A DNA stretch of 17,578 nucleotides, taken from UHGV virus genome UHGV-0168812; one strand, 5' to 3'. This DNA comes from a virus. The notes beneath the pieces were generated by a model. That model was not told the origin of the DNA. It saw nothing but the letters and a program-made list of their open reading frames with translations, and ran no database searches. This document shows positions 8,346 to 16,597 of this stretch, one piece after another. Every line of letters begins with the position of its first letter. The first letter of the stretch is position 1. The position numbers were made by a program, and so were the translations under genes.

Positions 8346-9053
8346 ATGGTTCAGAATGAAAAAGTGCGCAAAGAATTCGCCCAGCGGCTAGCGCAAGCCT
8401 GTAAAGAAGCTGGTCTTGATGAACATGGTAGGGGAATGGCTATAGCCCGTGCCCTTTCTCTTTCGTCCAAAGGCGTTAGCAAATGGTTTAATGCTGAGTC
8501 TTTACCGCGTCAGGAAAAAATGAATGCGCTTGCGAAATTTCTAAACGTTGATGTTGTTTGGCTTCAGCACGGCACTTCGTTAAATGGAGCGAATGATGAA
8601 GATACTCTTTCATTTGTTGGCAAATTAAAAAAAGGGTTAGTGCGCGTGGTTGGTGAGGCAATTCTTGGTGTTGATGGTGCCATCGAGATGACCGAAGAGC
8701 GCGATGGGTGGCTCAAAATTTATAGCGATGATCCAGATGCCTTTGGCCTTCGTGTGAAAGGAGACAGCATGTGGCCCAGAATAAAATCAGGAGAATATGT
8801 ACTCATTGAGCCTAACACCAAAGTATTCCCGGGTGATGAGGTGTTTGTCAGAACCGTTGAAGGACACAACATGATTAAGGTTCTTGGCTATGACAGAGAT
8901 GGAGAATACCAATTTACAAGCATCAACCAAGACCACAGGCCTATAACGTTGCCTTATCATCAAGTAGCAAAGGTGGAGTATGTAGCTGGTATTCTGAAGC
9001 AATCTCGCCATCTGGATGACATCGAGGCAAGGGAGTGGCTGAAAAGTTCGTGA
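8346..9053 (+). CDS. cI: CI-like prophage repressor (N-terminal HTH, C-terminal S24 LexA-like peptidase), 235 aa
   Basis: ORF track 235 aa; HTH in first 70 aa; C-terminal GDSMWP serine motif and downstream Lys typical of autocleaving repressors. Confidence 0.9.
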   Translation: MVQNEKVRKEFAQRLAQACKEAGLDEHGRGMAIARALSLSSKGVSKWFNAESLPRQEKMNALAKFLNVDVVWLQHGTSLNGANDEDTLSFVGKLKKGLVRVVGEAILGVDGAIEMTEERDGWLKIYSDDPDAFGLRVKGDSMWPRIKSGEYVLIEPNTKVFPGDEVFVRTVEGHNMIKVLGYDRDGEYQFTSINQDHRPITLPYHQVAKVEYVAGILKQSRHLDDIEAREWLKSS

Positions 9054-9113
9054 CTTCATCGTCACATAGCTGGTAACCAGTGGCCTGAAGAGACGTTTGG
9101 GTGAGGAGGATAG

Positions 9114-9455
9114 ATGGCGTTCACTGACCTTGAATATCAAGCGGTCAAAAAAGAAGTTCACCAATTCATTGAAAGCATAAGGCCGCCTGAACATATCCGC
9201 AATGAACTGGATATTGTTTATAGCATCAATGACCAAACGATAGATATCGGCGAACAGCGCCCCGTGTGGCAGGGCAACCCAGGTGAAACAAACATCCTGC
9301 CATCAGCAAGAATCAAGTACATACGTTCTCTGGATAGATGGAAAATCTATTGGATGCGGAAGGATATGAAATGGCATCAGTACAGTACTGAACTTTCGCT
9401 GACTGATGCGCTTGAGCTTGTGCGTGCTGACCCGGATTGCTGCTTCTTCGGATGA
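9114..9455 (+). CDS. Small conserved protein of unknown function downstream of cI, 113 aa (possibly DUF3024-like)
   Basis: ORF track 113 aa; strong SD GAGGAGG before ATG; W/Y-rich segment RWKIYWMRKDMKWHQY; family name is an unverified recollection. Confidence 0.6.
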   Translation: MAFTDLEYQAVKKEVHQFIESIRPPEHIRNELDIVYSINDQTIDIGEQRPVWQGNPGETNILPSARIKYIRSLDRWKIYWMRKDMKWHQYSTELSLTDALELVRADPDCCFFG

Positions 9456-9645
9456 GTGAAGAGACATTTTGGTGATGGATGGTCGCAGAAGTGCGGCCTT
9501 TAATGTAATCGAAGAAAAGTAATCCTTGTAAAACTTGATTTGACTGTATTGTCACAAAGAAAGGAATCAACGATCGTTTCTTGGGTCTTGATTTGTTTTG
9601 ACGATCAAATTAGTATTGCCTCATCAACTGTATGAGGCTTTTTTT

Positions 9646-10179
9646 ATGCAAACCAAAAGCTACACCATCAAAGCATTTCAGGACTTCTTACAGATGCTTC
9701 CTGAGCTTGGTATCGTCAATGATGCTACAGCCCGCAATCTCCGTGACTCTTCCCTGCGCCTTCTTACTGTTCTTGGGTCGGATTTCACCGATGCCGATAT
9801 CCGTGATTATAGCGTTGCCAACTTAGCAAGTTCGTACGCAGACTCAGCAGAAAGCAAACCCTCTGAATCATCTTTGCAGGCATACAAAAGCCGGATGCAA
9901 AGTGCTATTGATAAATTTATCTCCTACCAGAATGGTGAGATTAATGTGTCAGTTGGTGATGTAAATAAAAAAAAGGAGCGTAAAAAGATGGCACCTAAGA
10001 AGAAGGCGGTAGCTGACGTACAGGTTGGTGTAAAAACATTTGAACTGCCGATTCCATTGCGCGGAGATCTTATCGTCACCATTGGCAACCTGCCTCGCGA
10101 CCTGACAAAAGATGAAGCCAAGCGTATCAGTCTGATTGTGGAATCTTTTGCGATGATTGATGGCGGAACAAAAGAATAA
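9646..10179 (+). CDS. Hypothetical protein, about 178 aa, with central Lys-rich linker
   Basis: Track ORF starts at TTG 9598; ATG at 9646 with GAGG upstream preferred; NKKKERKKMAPKKK linker separating two domains; followed directly by a terminator. Confidence 0.6.
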   Translation: MQTKSYTIKAFQDFLQMLPELGIVNDATARNLRDSSLRLLTVLGSDFTDADIRDYSVANLASSYADSAESKPSESSLQAYKSRMQSAIDKFISYQNGEINVSVGDVNKKKERKKMAPKKKAVADVQVGVKTFELPIPLRGDLIVTIGNLPRDLTKDEAKRISLIVESFAMIDGGTKE

Positions 10180-10204
10180 AGCCCCGAGGGAACGGGGCTT
10201 TTTG
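10180..10204 (+). terminator. Intrinsic terminator ending the cI-side operon (tImm-like)
   Basis: GCCCCG-AGGGAA-CGGGGC hairpin (10181-10198) followed by TTTTT. Confidence 0.7.
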
Positions 10205-10352
10205 GGTCGGAAATATATCCAGTATTTCCGAAGTGTATGGAGGATTACCTACCGCTACACCCTTGGCAACCGCAAGCCAAGGATAGCGGTTCTCCCAACA
10301 AACTACAACCTGTTCGGGTAAACAGGCTGTATACAAAAACAGGAGAAAAGCT

Positions 10353-10487
10353 ATGGCTCACGATGTTAATCGCGATGACTTCATCTACGAACACGACAAG
10401 CCGGTTTATGTGCGCAGTTACTGCCGCATACGTTTCGGTGAGCTCGAACATGTTCGTCAGCACTTCCGCTCTTATCCGAGCTGCTGA
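10353..10487 (+). CDS. Small ORF, 44 aa, hypothetical
   Basis: AGGAG 7 nt before ATG; MAHDVNRDDFIYEHDKPVYVRSYCRIRFGELEHVRQHFRSYPSC; followed by terminator; competing 72-aa antisense ORF exists. Confidence 0.4.
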   Translation: MAHDVNRDDFIYEHDKPVYVRSYCRIRFGELEHVRQHFRSYPSC

Positions 10488-10505
10488 AAATAACTAAATC
10501 TCAAA

Positions 10506-10531
10506 CCCGGCCTCAGCGCCGGGTTTTCTTT
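10506..10531 (+). terminator. Intrinsic terminator
   Basis: CCCGGC-CTCAGC-GCCGGG hairpin followed by TTTTCTTT. Confidence 0.65.
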
Positions 10532-10705
10532 GCCTCTCGATCCCCCACCTAAAAACACATAACCAATTGTATTTATTGATGTAACTCGCTAAACCATGCA
10601 GTTCTGATCCCTGCCGCATAACCCTCATCAGCCACATTTTCAAAAATAAATTTCCTTATATATCAGAATCATACTTCGTAGAGTTAATAAATCACCAAAA
10701 TTCGT

Positions 10706-10745
10706 ACCAATAGTTCTTGATAATATCGAACTATTGGTTCATTAT
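10706..10745 (+). promoter_or_regulatory. Putative pL promoter with overlapping operator palindrome
   Basis: ACCAATAGTTC (10706-10716) and GAACTATTGGT (10728-10738) form a perfect 11-bp inverted repeat; TTGATA (10717-10722), 17-nt spacer, CATTAT (10740-10745) reads toward N. Confidence 0.45.
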
Positions 10746-10814
10746 TATCGTCATCAGCAGGACGCATTACTCACCATGGCGGTGAATATACAACGATTCA
10801 AGCAAGAATCTACG

Positions 10815-10829
10815 GCGCTGACAAAGCGC
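10815..10829 (+). promoter_or_regulatory. nutL boxB hairpin, P22 type
   Basis: GCGCTGACAAAGCGC: 5-bp stem with GACAA loop, matching the P22 boxB as I recall it; about 115 nt upstream of the N-like start. Confidence 0.55.
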
Positions 10830-10944
10830 GATAACCAAAGTGAACTTTGGGATGTGGCAAGCGAGAAAGGGTAAAACGTGAAGATGGCCCTGACTTGTGC
10901 GGCTGGTTACCGCCCACATCACCAAAGTTCATCAGGAGGTCACC

Positions 10945-11328
10945 ATGACACGCAGAACAGCTTTCAAAGGTTCATCAGCAGCTCGTCGCCGTGAACGTTT
11001 AAAGGCGCAAGCCATTGCACAGGGTGTTGAAGCTCGTGAAGAGGTTATCAGTTCAGAGAAACTTCATCGCCCTACCCTCAGTCTGGCACAGATTCAGGCT
11101 AAAGGTAAACACGAAACGCCTGAGCGCATAGAAGACGCTAAGCCAATTAAGTTCATGGCACAGGACGTGATCTGGCAACAGAAAGAATACAGACGCAATC
11201 TGGAGAGAGCGGCCATTGTGTACGCGAATGAGTTTGGACATAAGCAACCAGAAACTGGTGTATGTCTTCCAGATGTAGCTCTTTACGCAGCAGGATACCG
11301 GAAATCAAAACAACTGACGGCGAGATGA
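10945..11328 (+). CDS. N: N-like transcription antiterminator with arginine-rich motif, about 127 aa
   Basis: Start at ATG 10945 with AGGAGG upstream; MTRRTAFKGSSAARRRERLKAQ arginine-rich N-terminus; C-terminus ...DVALYAAGYRKSKQLTAR resembles the C-terminus of P22 gene 24 / N-family proteins. Confidence 0.8.
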   Translation: MTRRTAFKGSSAARRRERLKAQAIAQGVEAREEVISSEKLHRPTLSLAQIQAKGKHETPERIEDAKPIKFMAQDVIWQQKEYRRNLERAAIVYANEFGHKQPETGVCLPDVALYAAGYRKSKQLTAR

Positions 11329-11386
11329 CTTGTGTTGGTCGCCAGAAAATGAAATTAGGCAGCAAACCACTTATTTGAGGTGAGAT

Positions 11387-11857
11387 ATGACAAAATCATG
11401 GAGCGTACCTTTTCCTGAATCAGAAGCTGAACATGATGGAATGCCTGTTTTCTGGAGATTCCAGGCGACAGTTGAAGAAGATGGGATCAAAATACTCGCA
11501 CTTCAATATATAGCTTTTCATCAGACAGAGCATTATGCATGGTTGGTTCCTGCGCATTGGATTGTTAATTTTAAACCAGCACCAAATCAGTGGTTACAGG
11601 AATGGAAACAAAGGAGAAATAGATATGCAATTAAGAAAGTAGCAAAAAATGCAGAAAGATCTTTTGCATTCCCGACGAAGAAACTTGCCATTGAAAGTTT
11701 ATTGCGCCGAAAGAAATACCATTTGATGAGAATCAAACAAGATTTGGCTGTTGTATCAACTCTTGTTGATGGGATGAAAAATATTGATACATCAACACCA
11801 GATATTGAATATAACTTTGGACACAACCAAGAAACAGAAAATTGGGTATTTTATTAG
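11387..11857 (+). CDS. Hypothetical protein, 156 aa, AT-rich gene immediately after N
   Basis: ORF track 156 aa; SD GAGGTGA; no recognisable motif; lower GC than neighbours; followed by a strong terminator. Confidence 0.6.
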   Translation: MTKSWSVPFPESEAEHDGMPVFWRFQATVEEDGIKILALQYIAFHQTEHYAWLVPAHWIVNFKPAPNQWLQEWKQRRNRYAIKKVAKNAERSFAFPTKKLAIESLLRRKKYHLMRIKQDLAVVSTLVDGMKNIDTSTPDIEYNFGHNQETENWVFY

Positions 11858-11961
11858 TACGAATAAGCACTGTGTATTCATTCCAACGAGTGAATACACG
11901 GAGCAATGTCGCTCGTAACTAAACAGGAGTCGACTTGTTCTGATTATTGGAAATCTTCTTT

Positions 11962-11986
11962 GCCCTCCAGTGTGAGGGCTTTTTTA
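11962..11986 (+). terminator. Intrinsic terminator (tL1-like)
   Basis: GCCCTC-CAGTGT-GAGGGC hairpin followed by TTTTTT. Confidence 0.7.
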
Positions 11987-12051
11987 TATGCATACCAATA
12001 ACGCTTAACTAGAGGCGTTTTCGTTATGCAATCAAACAGAAGGAGCATCCT

Positions 12052-12222
12052 ATGCAACAGTTCGCTATTGCAGGGGCGGCATCGGTTCGCCCTTTCAACC
12101 CGATTTTATCGGTACAGCATTCACGAAAAAATATTTTAACCGGAGCAGACTTTAAACAACCAAGAATGAAAAGTTTGCTCGAAAAGCTTTGGGATATTTT
12201 GAAACAACAAGGCCGCCCATGA
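12052..12222 (+). CDS. Small ORF, 56 aa, hypothetical
   Basis: AGGAG before ATG; MQQFAIAGAASVRPFNPILSVQHSRKNILTGADFKQPRMKSLLEKLWDILKQQGRP; stop overlaps next start (ATGA). Confidence 0.4.
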   Translation: MQQFAIAGAASVRPFNPILSVQHSRKNILTGADFKQPRMKSLLEKLWDILKQQGRP

Positions 12223-12377
12223 GTTTTACAGATAACTGGTCAGACGAAGAATTCATTCGTCAGATGAAAGAATTAATCGGTAACGAAGGAGATATTCATG
12301 TCACTTGCAACCACAGTGAAGGAGAGCAAGTTACAGAGGCGCATGTACACGCAGAAAGCTCTCTGGTATCGCCATAA
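12219..12377 (+). CDS. Small acidic ORF, 52 aa, hypothetical
   Basis: MSFTDNWSDEEFIRQMKELIGNEGDIHVTCNHSEGEQ...; start overlaps previous stop; track ORF begins earlier at 12189. Confidence 0.45.
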   Translation: MSFTDNWSDEEFIRQMKELIGNEGDIHVTCNHSEGEQVTEAHVHAESSLVSP

Positions 12378-12476
12378 TGGTGACCGCGAAGGAATGCGGG
12401 TATGCCTTAATTTGTCCAGAGTCGAAGTATTAAATCAGCGTTATTTCCTTGGTCCATGTCCATTCTGAGGTGAATT

Positions 12477-13184
12477 ATGGATTTAAATAAATTCGATGAG
12501 CCATTCAGCCCTGAAGATATTGAATGGCGAATACAGCAAAGCGGTAAAACACGCGATGGCAAGGTGTGGGCTATGGTGCTGGCTTATGTCACGAACCGGG
12601 CAATCATGAAACGCCTGGACGATGTTTGCGGCAAAGCAGGATGGCGCAATGAATACCGCGATATTCCCAACAACGGCGGCGTTGAATGCGGCATATCAAT
12701 AAAGATTGATTCCGAATGGGTAACCAAATGGGATGCTGCTGAAAACACGCAGGTAGAAGCCGTCAAAGGTGGTCGTTCCGGTGCAATGAAGCGTGCTGCC
12801 GTTCAGTGGGGAATCGGTCGGTATCTGTATAACCTTGAGGAAGGTTTCGCACAAACATCTCTCGATAAAAAGCAGGGGTGGCACAGGGCAAAACTGAAGG
12901 ATGGAACAGGATTTTACTGGCTCCCTCCATCGCTGCCGGGATGGGCAATCCCAGCATCAGATAACAAACCATCACCAGAAAATACCAACCAGAAATCTCT
13001 ATCGGTTGACTGCGAACGAATCCTGAAAGACTTCAGCGATTATGCTTCGACAGAAACTGACAAGAAAAAACTCATCGAACGTTATCAGCATGACTGGCAA
13101 TTAATGGCTGGCAATGAGGATGCGCAGGCTAAATGCGTTCAGGTAATGAACATCAGAGTTAACGAACTAAAACAGGCGGCATAA
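12477..13184 (+). CDS. Rad52-family single-strand annealing protein (Sak-like recombinase), 235 aa
   Basis: ORF track 235 aa; segment GGRSGAMKRAAVQWGIGRYLYNLEEGFA resembles the conserved core of phage Rad52/22-type annealing proteins; sits with ssb and an exonuclease. Confidence 0.8.
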   Translation: MDLNKFDEPFSPEDIEWRIQQSGKTRDGKVWAMVLAYVTNRAIMKRLDDVCGKAGWRNEYRDIPNNGGVECGISIKIDSEWVTKWDAAENTQVEAVKGGRSGAMKRAAVQWGIGRYLYNLEEGFAQTSLDKKQGWHRAKLKDGTGFYWLPPSLPGWAIPASDNKPSPENTNQKSLSVDCERILKDFSDYASTETDKKKLIERYQHDWQLMAGNEDAQAKCVQVMNIRVNELKQAA

Positions 13185-13700
13185 ATGGCAAGCAGAGGCG
13201 TAAATAAGGTGATCATTATTGGTCGCCTTGGGCATGATCCAGAAATCAGATATTCGCCATCAGGAACGGCATTTGCAAACCTTACAGTTGCTACGTCAGA
13301 ACAATGGCGTGATAAGCAAACTGGAGAGCAAAAGGAGCAGACGGAGTGGCACCGTGTGGTAATGAGCGGGAAACTGGCAGAAATTGCCAGCGAATATCTG
13401 CGAAAAGGCTCTGAGGTTTATCTTGAAGGCAAATTGCGGACAAGAAAATGGCAGGATCAAAGCGGACAGGATCGGTTCACTACCGAAGTTATCGTGGGCG
13501 TTGGTGGAACCATGCAAATGCTTGGTGGCAAGCAAGGAAGCAATGAACAGTCTTCACCTCAGCGAAATAACGGCCAGCAACAAAGACAGCAATCTCAGCA
13601 GCAGGGGAATCACAGCGAACCACCTATGGATTTTGACGACGATATACCCTTTGCGCCAGTAACTCTCCCCTTCCCTCGTCACGCTATTCACGCAATTTAA
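13185..13700 (+). CDS. ssb: Single-stranded DNA-binding protein with 15-aa extension after the DDDIPF motif, 171 aa
   Basis: OB-fold N-terminus [44 protein letters not shown]..., Gly/Gln-rich linker, [11 protein letters not shown] followed by [15 protein letters not shown] before the stop. Confidence 0.9.
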   Translation: MASRGVNKVIIIGRLGHDPEIRYSPSGTAFANLTVATSEQWRDKQTGEQKEQTEWHRVVMSGKLAEIASEYLRKGSEVYLEGKLRTRKWQDQSGQDRFTTEVIVGVGGTMQMLGGKQGSNEQSSPQRNNGQQQRQQSQQQGNHSEPPMDFDDDIPFAPVTLPFPRHAIHAI

Positions 13701-13708
13701 GGACTTAC

Positions 13709-14257
13709 ATGAATCACTTAATGGTTGACCTTGAAACAATGGGCAACGGGCCATACGCGCCAGTTATTTCTATTGGGGCGGTATTCTTTGACCCGAATAC
13801 CGGAGAAACAGGAGAAGAGTTCTCGGTAAATATCTCGCTTGAGTCATCAATGCGATATCGGGCGCGTCCTGACGCTTCAACGATTTTATGGTGGCTGGAA
13901 CAGAGTGAAGAAGCCAGAAAATCGCTAACCAGCAACACTCAGGAGCTTTCAACGGCTCTTTCATGGTTATCTGAATTCATCATAAAGAACGCTAACCACA
14001 AATTCGTTCAGGTTTGGGGGAATGGAGCATCATTTGACTGCGTTATTCTCCGCAACAGTTATTCGCTGACAGGGCAGCCAGTTCCGTGGCAGTGGTGGAA
14101 TGACCGCGACGTAAGAACAATCGTCGAACTTGGGAAGGTAATAGGATTCGACCCTAAGCGAGATATGCCATTCAAAGGAACTCGCCACAACGCGCTTGAT
14201 GATGCCATTCACCAAGCCAAATACGTTTCAGCGATCTGGAAAAAGTTAGCTAAATAA
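13709..14257 (+). CDS. DnaQ-like (DEDDh) 3'-5' exonuclease, 182 aa
   Basis: ORF track 182 aa; MVDLETMG (Exo I D-x-E) and HNALDDA (Exo III H-x4-D) motifs. Confidence 0.85.
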   Translation: MNHLMVDLETMGNGPYAPVISIGAVFFDPNTGETGEEFSVNISLESSMRYRARPDASTILWWLEQSEEARKSLTSNTQELSTALSWLSEFIIKNANHKFVQVWGNGASFDCVILRNSYSLTGQPVPWQWWNDRDVRTIVELGKVIGFDPKRDMPFKGTRHNALDDAIHQAKYVSAIWKKLAK

Positions 14258-14273
14258 TCAACAGGAGAAAACC

Positions 14274-14570
14274 ATGCCAGCGCCTCTGTATGGTGCGGAT
14301 GACGCGCGCCGCTGTTCCGGCAATTCCGTATCGGAGGTGCTGGATAAGTTCAGAAAAAACTACGATCGGATAATGTCGCTACCGCAGGAAACGAAAGAGG
14401 AAAAGGAATTTCGCCACTGTATATGGCTTGCAGAGAAAGAAGAACGAGAGCGAATTTACCAGACATCAATCCGACCATTCCGCAAAGCCACATATACCCA
14501 CTTCCCTGAACATATCGACCCGCGCCTGCGTAATTACCGCTCACGTTATGGTGCTATCAGTAATGACTGA
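14274..14570 (+). CDS. Hypothetical protein, 98 aa
   Basis: ORF track; AGGAG SD before ATG; same strand and tight spacing with neighbours. Confidence 0.6.
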   Translation: MPAPLYGADDARRCSGNSVSEVLDKFRKNYDRIMSLPQETKEEKEFRHCIWLAEKEERERIYQTSIRPFRKATYTHFPEHIDPRLRNYRSRYGAISND

Positions 14571-14580
14571 GGAATTTACC

Positions 14581-14745
14581 ATGAGAGGACTTGCATACAA
14601 TCCCGGCATTCTTCCGGCAGAAATGATTATTCGCCAACGCGTAAAGCCAATGCCATCGAGAGAGGAATTGCTTAAGAGAAATTCTTTTCCGTCAGTGAAT
14701 CAAAACAAATATCTGAATGCGATGTTGCGGAGTGGGAAGAAATGA
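14581..14745 (+). CDS. Small hypothetical protein, 54 aa
   Basis: In-frame ATG with GAGGAA upstream inside the track ORF 14428..14745; alternative start ATG at 14563. Confidence 0.45.
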   Translation: MRGLAYNPGILPAEMIIRQRVKPMPSREELLKRNSFPSVNQNKYLNAMLRSGKK

Positions 14746-15281
14746 AACAAATGTCACTAATTGAGATGGATGGATTCCTGAAAGGTAAATGCATCCCAAG
14801 CGATTTAAAGGTTAACGAAACAAACGCTGAATATCTGGTGCGTAAATTTGCTGAAGCGGAGGCCAAGTGCGCGGCGCTGGCGGCGGAGAGTGCGCTGGCT
14901 CGTAAGGCAGTTCAGGCATTCTGCGATGTTGTTGGCGACAACACCGAGGTTATCTGTGAGGCGGTTGGGAGAGATGGCGTTCTGGTTATTTTGGAGGCCA
15001 TGAAGGCAACAGGAAATATGCCAGCCACCGATGCTTTCCTGGCTGAAGTGAAGACTGAAGCACGCAAGGAGGGCGCTTACTTTGTGGCGAACAGAATGCT
15101 GGCTGCCTGGGAAGCTGGTTTTATTGATGATACTGCGAAGAACGCCGCGGATATTGCCCGGATGATTCTTACCTCTACTGAGTTTATGGCTAATGCGCCG
15201 GAAGGCGATTTTGACCGCTCATTCTCTGATGGCGTTCTCGAAGATATCGCCGCCCAGCTTCGCAAAGGAGGCAACCAGTGA
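14742..15281 (+). CDS. Hypothetical protein, 179 aa
   Basis: ORF track; ATGA overlap with previous stop and GTGA overlap with next start indicate an operon. Confidence 0.65.
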   Translation: MKQMSLIEMDGFLKGKCIPSDLKVNETNAEYLVRKFAEAEAKCAALAAESALARKAVQAFCDVVGDNTEVICEAVGRDGVLVILEAMKATGNMPATDAFLAEVKTEARKEGAYFVANRMLAAWEAGFIDDTAKNAADIARMILTSTEFMANAPEGDFDRSFSDGVLEDIAAQLRKGGNQ

Positions 15282-16006
15282 GCAAGATTGACTATCAGGC
15301 ACTGCGTGAGGCGACAGAGAAAGCAACGTGTGGCGAGTGGTCGCTCGAATATGGAGATGGCCGATTTGATGGTGATGATGCACTAATTCATCGTGAAGTT
15401 GCTGGATATATTCCCATTTGCAGAATTGAAGGAGCGCATCCAGAAAGCCGTTTCTATGAAGATTTCCAAATGGAGCAGCAGGCCAATGCTGAATTCATCG
15501 CCGCAGCCAATCCAGCTACCGTGCTGGCACTGCTGGATGAACGGGAAAGAAACCTGCAATACATCAAAAGCCGCGATCAGGAGAACGAGGATATTGCGCT
15601 AACGGTAGGGAAGCTGCGTGTTGAGCTGGAAGCCGCAGAGAACAACCTTATTGATAGTGAGTGCCATGTTGCTGAACTGGAAGAAGCGCTACGCGATAAG
15701 CAGGCGTTACTTGAAGCATCAGAGAAGCGCATAGCAGAACTGGAAGCGCGGGAAATAAAACCAGCCAAAGGCGAAGTTCTTGTCGTTGTATCTGGTTTTA
15801 CTGGTTGCGGAAAAAGCGCCATTGCCGGGGAAATAGAAATCGCGATGAAGGCTATTGGTGTACCGGTTAAGTGGACTAATGGCGATGCAGAAAAGCGCAT
15901 GACTGGCGCTGACTGGCTGACAGCGATTGAGATGTACAAACCAACTGTGCGCATCGTGGAAGTTAATGTGCCACGCGCCGCAGGCATTCGCATCAAAGGA
16001 GAGTGA
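15278..16006 (+). CDS. Ead/Ea22-like protein with central coiled-coil, 242 aa
   Basis: GTG start with GGAGG upstream; N-terminus [43 protein letters not shown]... recalled as typical of Ea22-like prophage proteins; ELEAAENNL...ELEEALRDKQALLEASEKRIAELEAREI heptad-like segment. Confidence 0.75.
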   Translation: MSKIDYQALREATEKATCGEWSLEYGDGRFDGDDALIHREVAGYIPICRIEGAHPESRFYEDFQMEQQANAEFIAAANPATVLALLDERERNLQYIKSRDQENEDIALTVGKLRVELEAAENNLIDSECHVAELEEALRDKQALLEASEKRIAELEAREIKPAKGEVLVVVSGFTGCGKSAIAGEIEIAMKAIGVPVKWTNGDAEKRMTGADWLTAIEMYKPTVRIVEVNVPRAAGIRIKGE

Positions 16007-16007
16007 T

Positions 16008-16493
16008 ATGACCACTATTACCAAAGAGCGACTGCTGACAATCAGGCAGTGGCGCGAAACATACGGACCTGGTAGCAACGTTGTACTGCCAGCAGAAGAA
16101 GCGGAAGAACTGGCACGAATTGCTCTGGCATCGCTGACAGCAGAGCCGGTGGTTTACATGTGGGATAGCGAAAGAAAAGATATTGATGCCCCTGGGTATT
16201 ATCGGACTGAGCATTTAGTGTTCGCTGAGAGTAGTGTTAAGCAATGGGGAGGGCGAGTTGTTCCGCTTTACACCGCCCAGCCAGTGCCGGTAACTCCGGA
16301 TGGTTGGATAAGCTGTAGTGAGCGAATGCCGAACGACGCGCAGTGGTGCGTAGTGAACACAGAATACGGGTATTACGTGCAATGCAGGTCTGAAGGTCAA
16401 GGGTGGCTTGGTGATGATATCAGCATCCCTGAATGCGATGTAATCAATTGGATGCCGCTACCAGAACCGCCTCAGGAGGTTAACCGTGGCTAA
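16008..16493 (+). CDS. DUF551-like protein, about 161 aa
   Basis: ATG 16008 overlaps Ea22-like stop; C-terminal WISCSERMPNDAQWCVV...VINWMPLPEPP resembles the DUF551 signature common in enterobacterial prophages (from memory). Confidence 0.7.
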   Translation: MTTITKERLLTIRQWRETYGPGSNVVLPAEEAEELARIALASLTAEPVVYMWDSERKDIDAPGYYRTEHLVFAESSVKQWGGRVVPLYTAQPVPVTPDGWISCSERMPNDAQWCVVNTEYGYYVQCRSEGQGWLGDDISIPECDVINWMPLPEPPQEVNRG

Positions 16494-16597
16494 CCTGCAA
16501 CTTGCCGTCAAAGGTGAATACTTCGCAGATAGTTTTCCCCAAATATGGGGAAAATCCCGAATGGCGCGGCTTACAGCAGGATAAAGGCTACATGATT

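Noticed and set aside
8787-9236. 149-aa minus-strand ORF overlapping the cI C-terminus
   Set aside because: Antisense to the S24 peptidase domain of the repressor and runs into the downstream gene; no start context.
9598-9645. TTG start giving a 193-aa version of the gene downstream of the 113-aa ORF
   Set aside because: The first 16 codons overlap a hairpin plus T-run and lack an SD; the ATG at 9646 has GAGG at suitable spacing.
10245-10463. 72-aa minus-strand ORF between the tImm-like terminator and pL
   Set aside because: The plus-strand 44-aa ORF in the same place has a strong AGGAG SD and is followed by a terminator, and every other gene on this side of the immunity region is plus-strand; the minus ORF has no such support. 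Both remain uncertain.
15577-16078. Minus-strand ORFs of 139 and 119 aa overlapping the Ea22-like gene
   Set aside because: Antisense to a gene with coupled start/stop overlaps on the plus strand; low-complexity Ser/Ala-rich translations typical of shadow ORFs.
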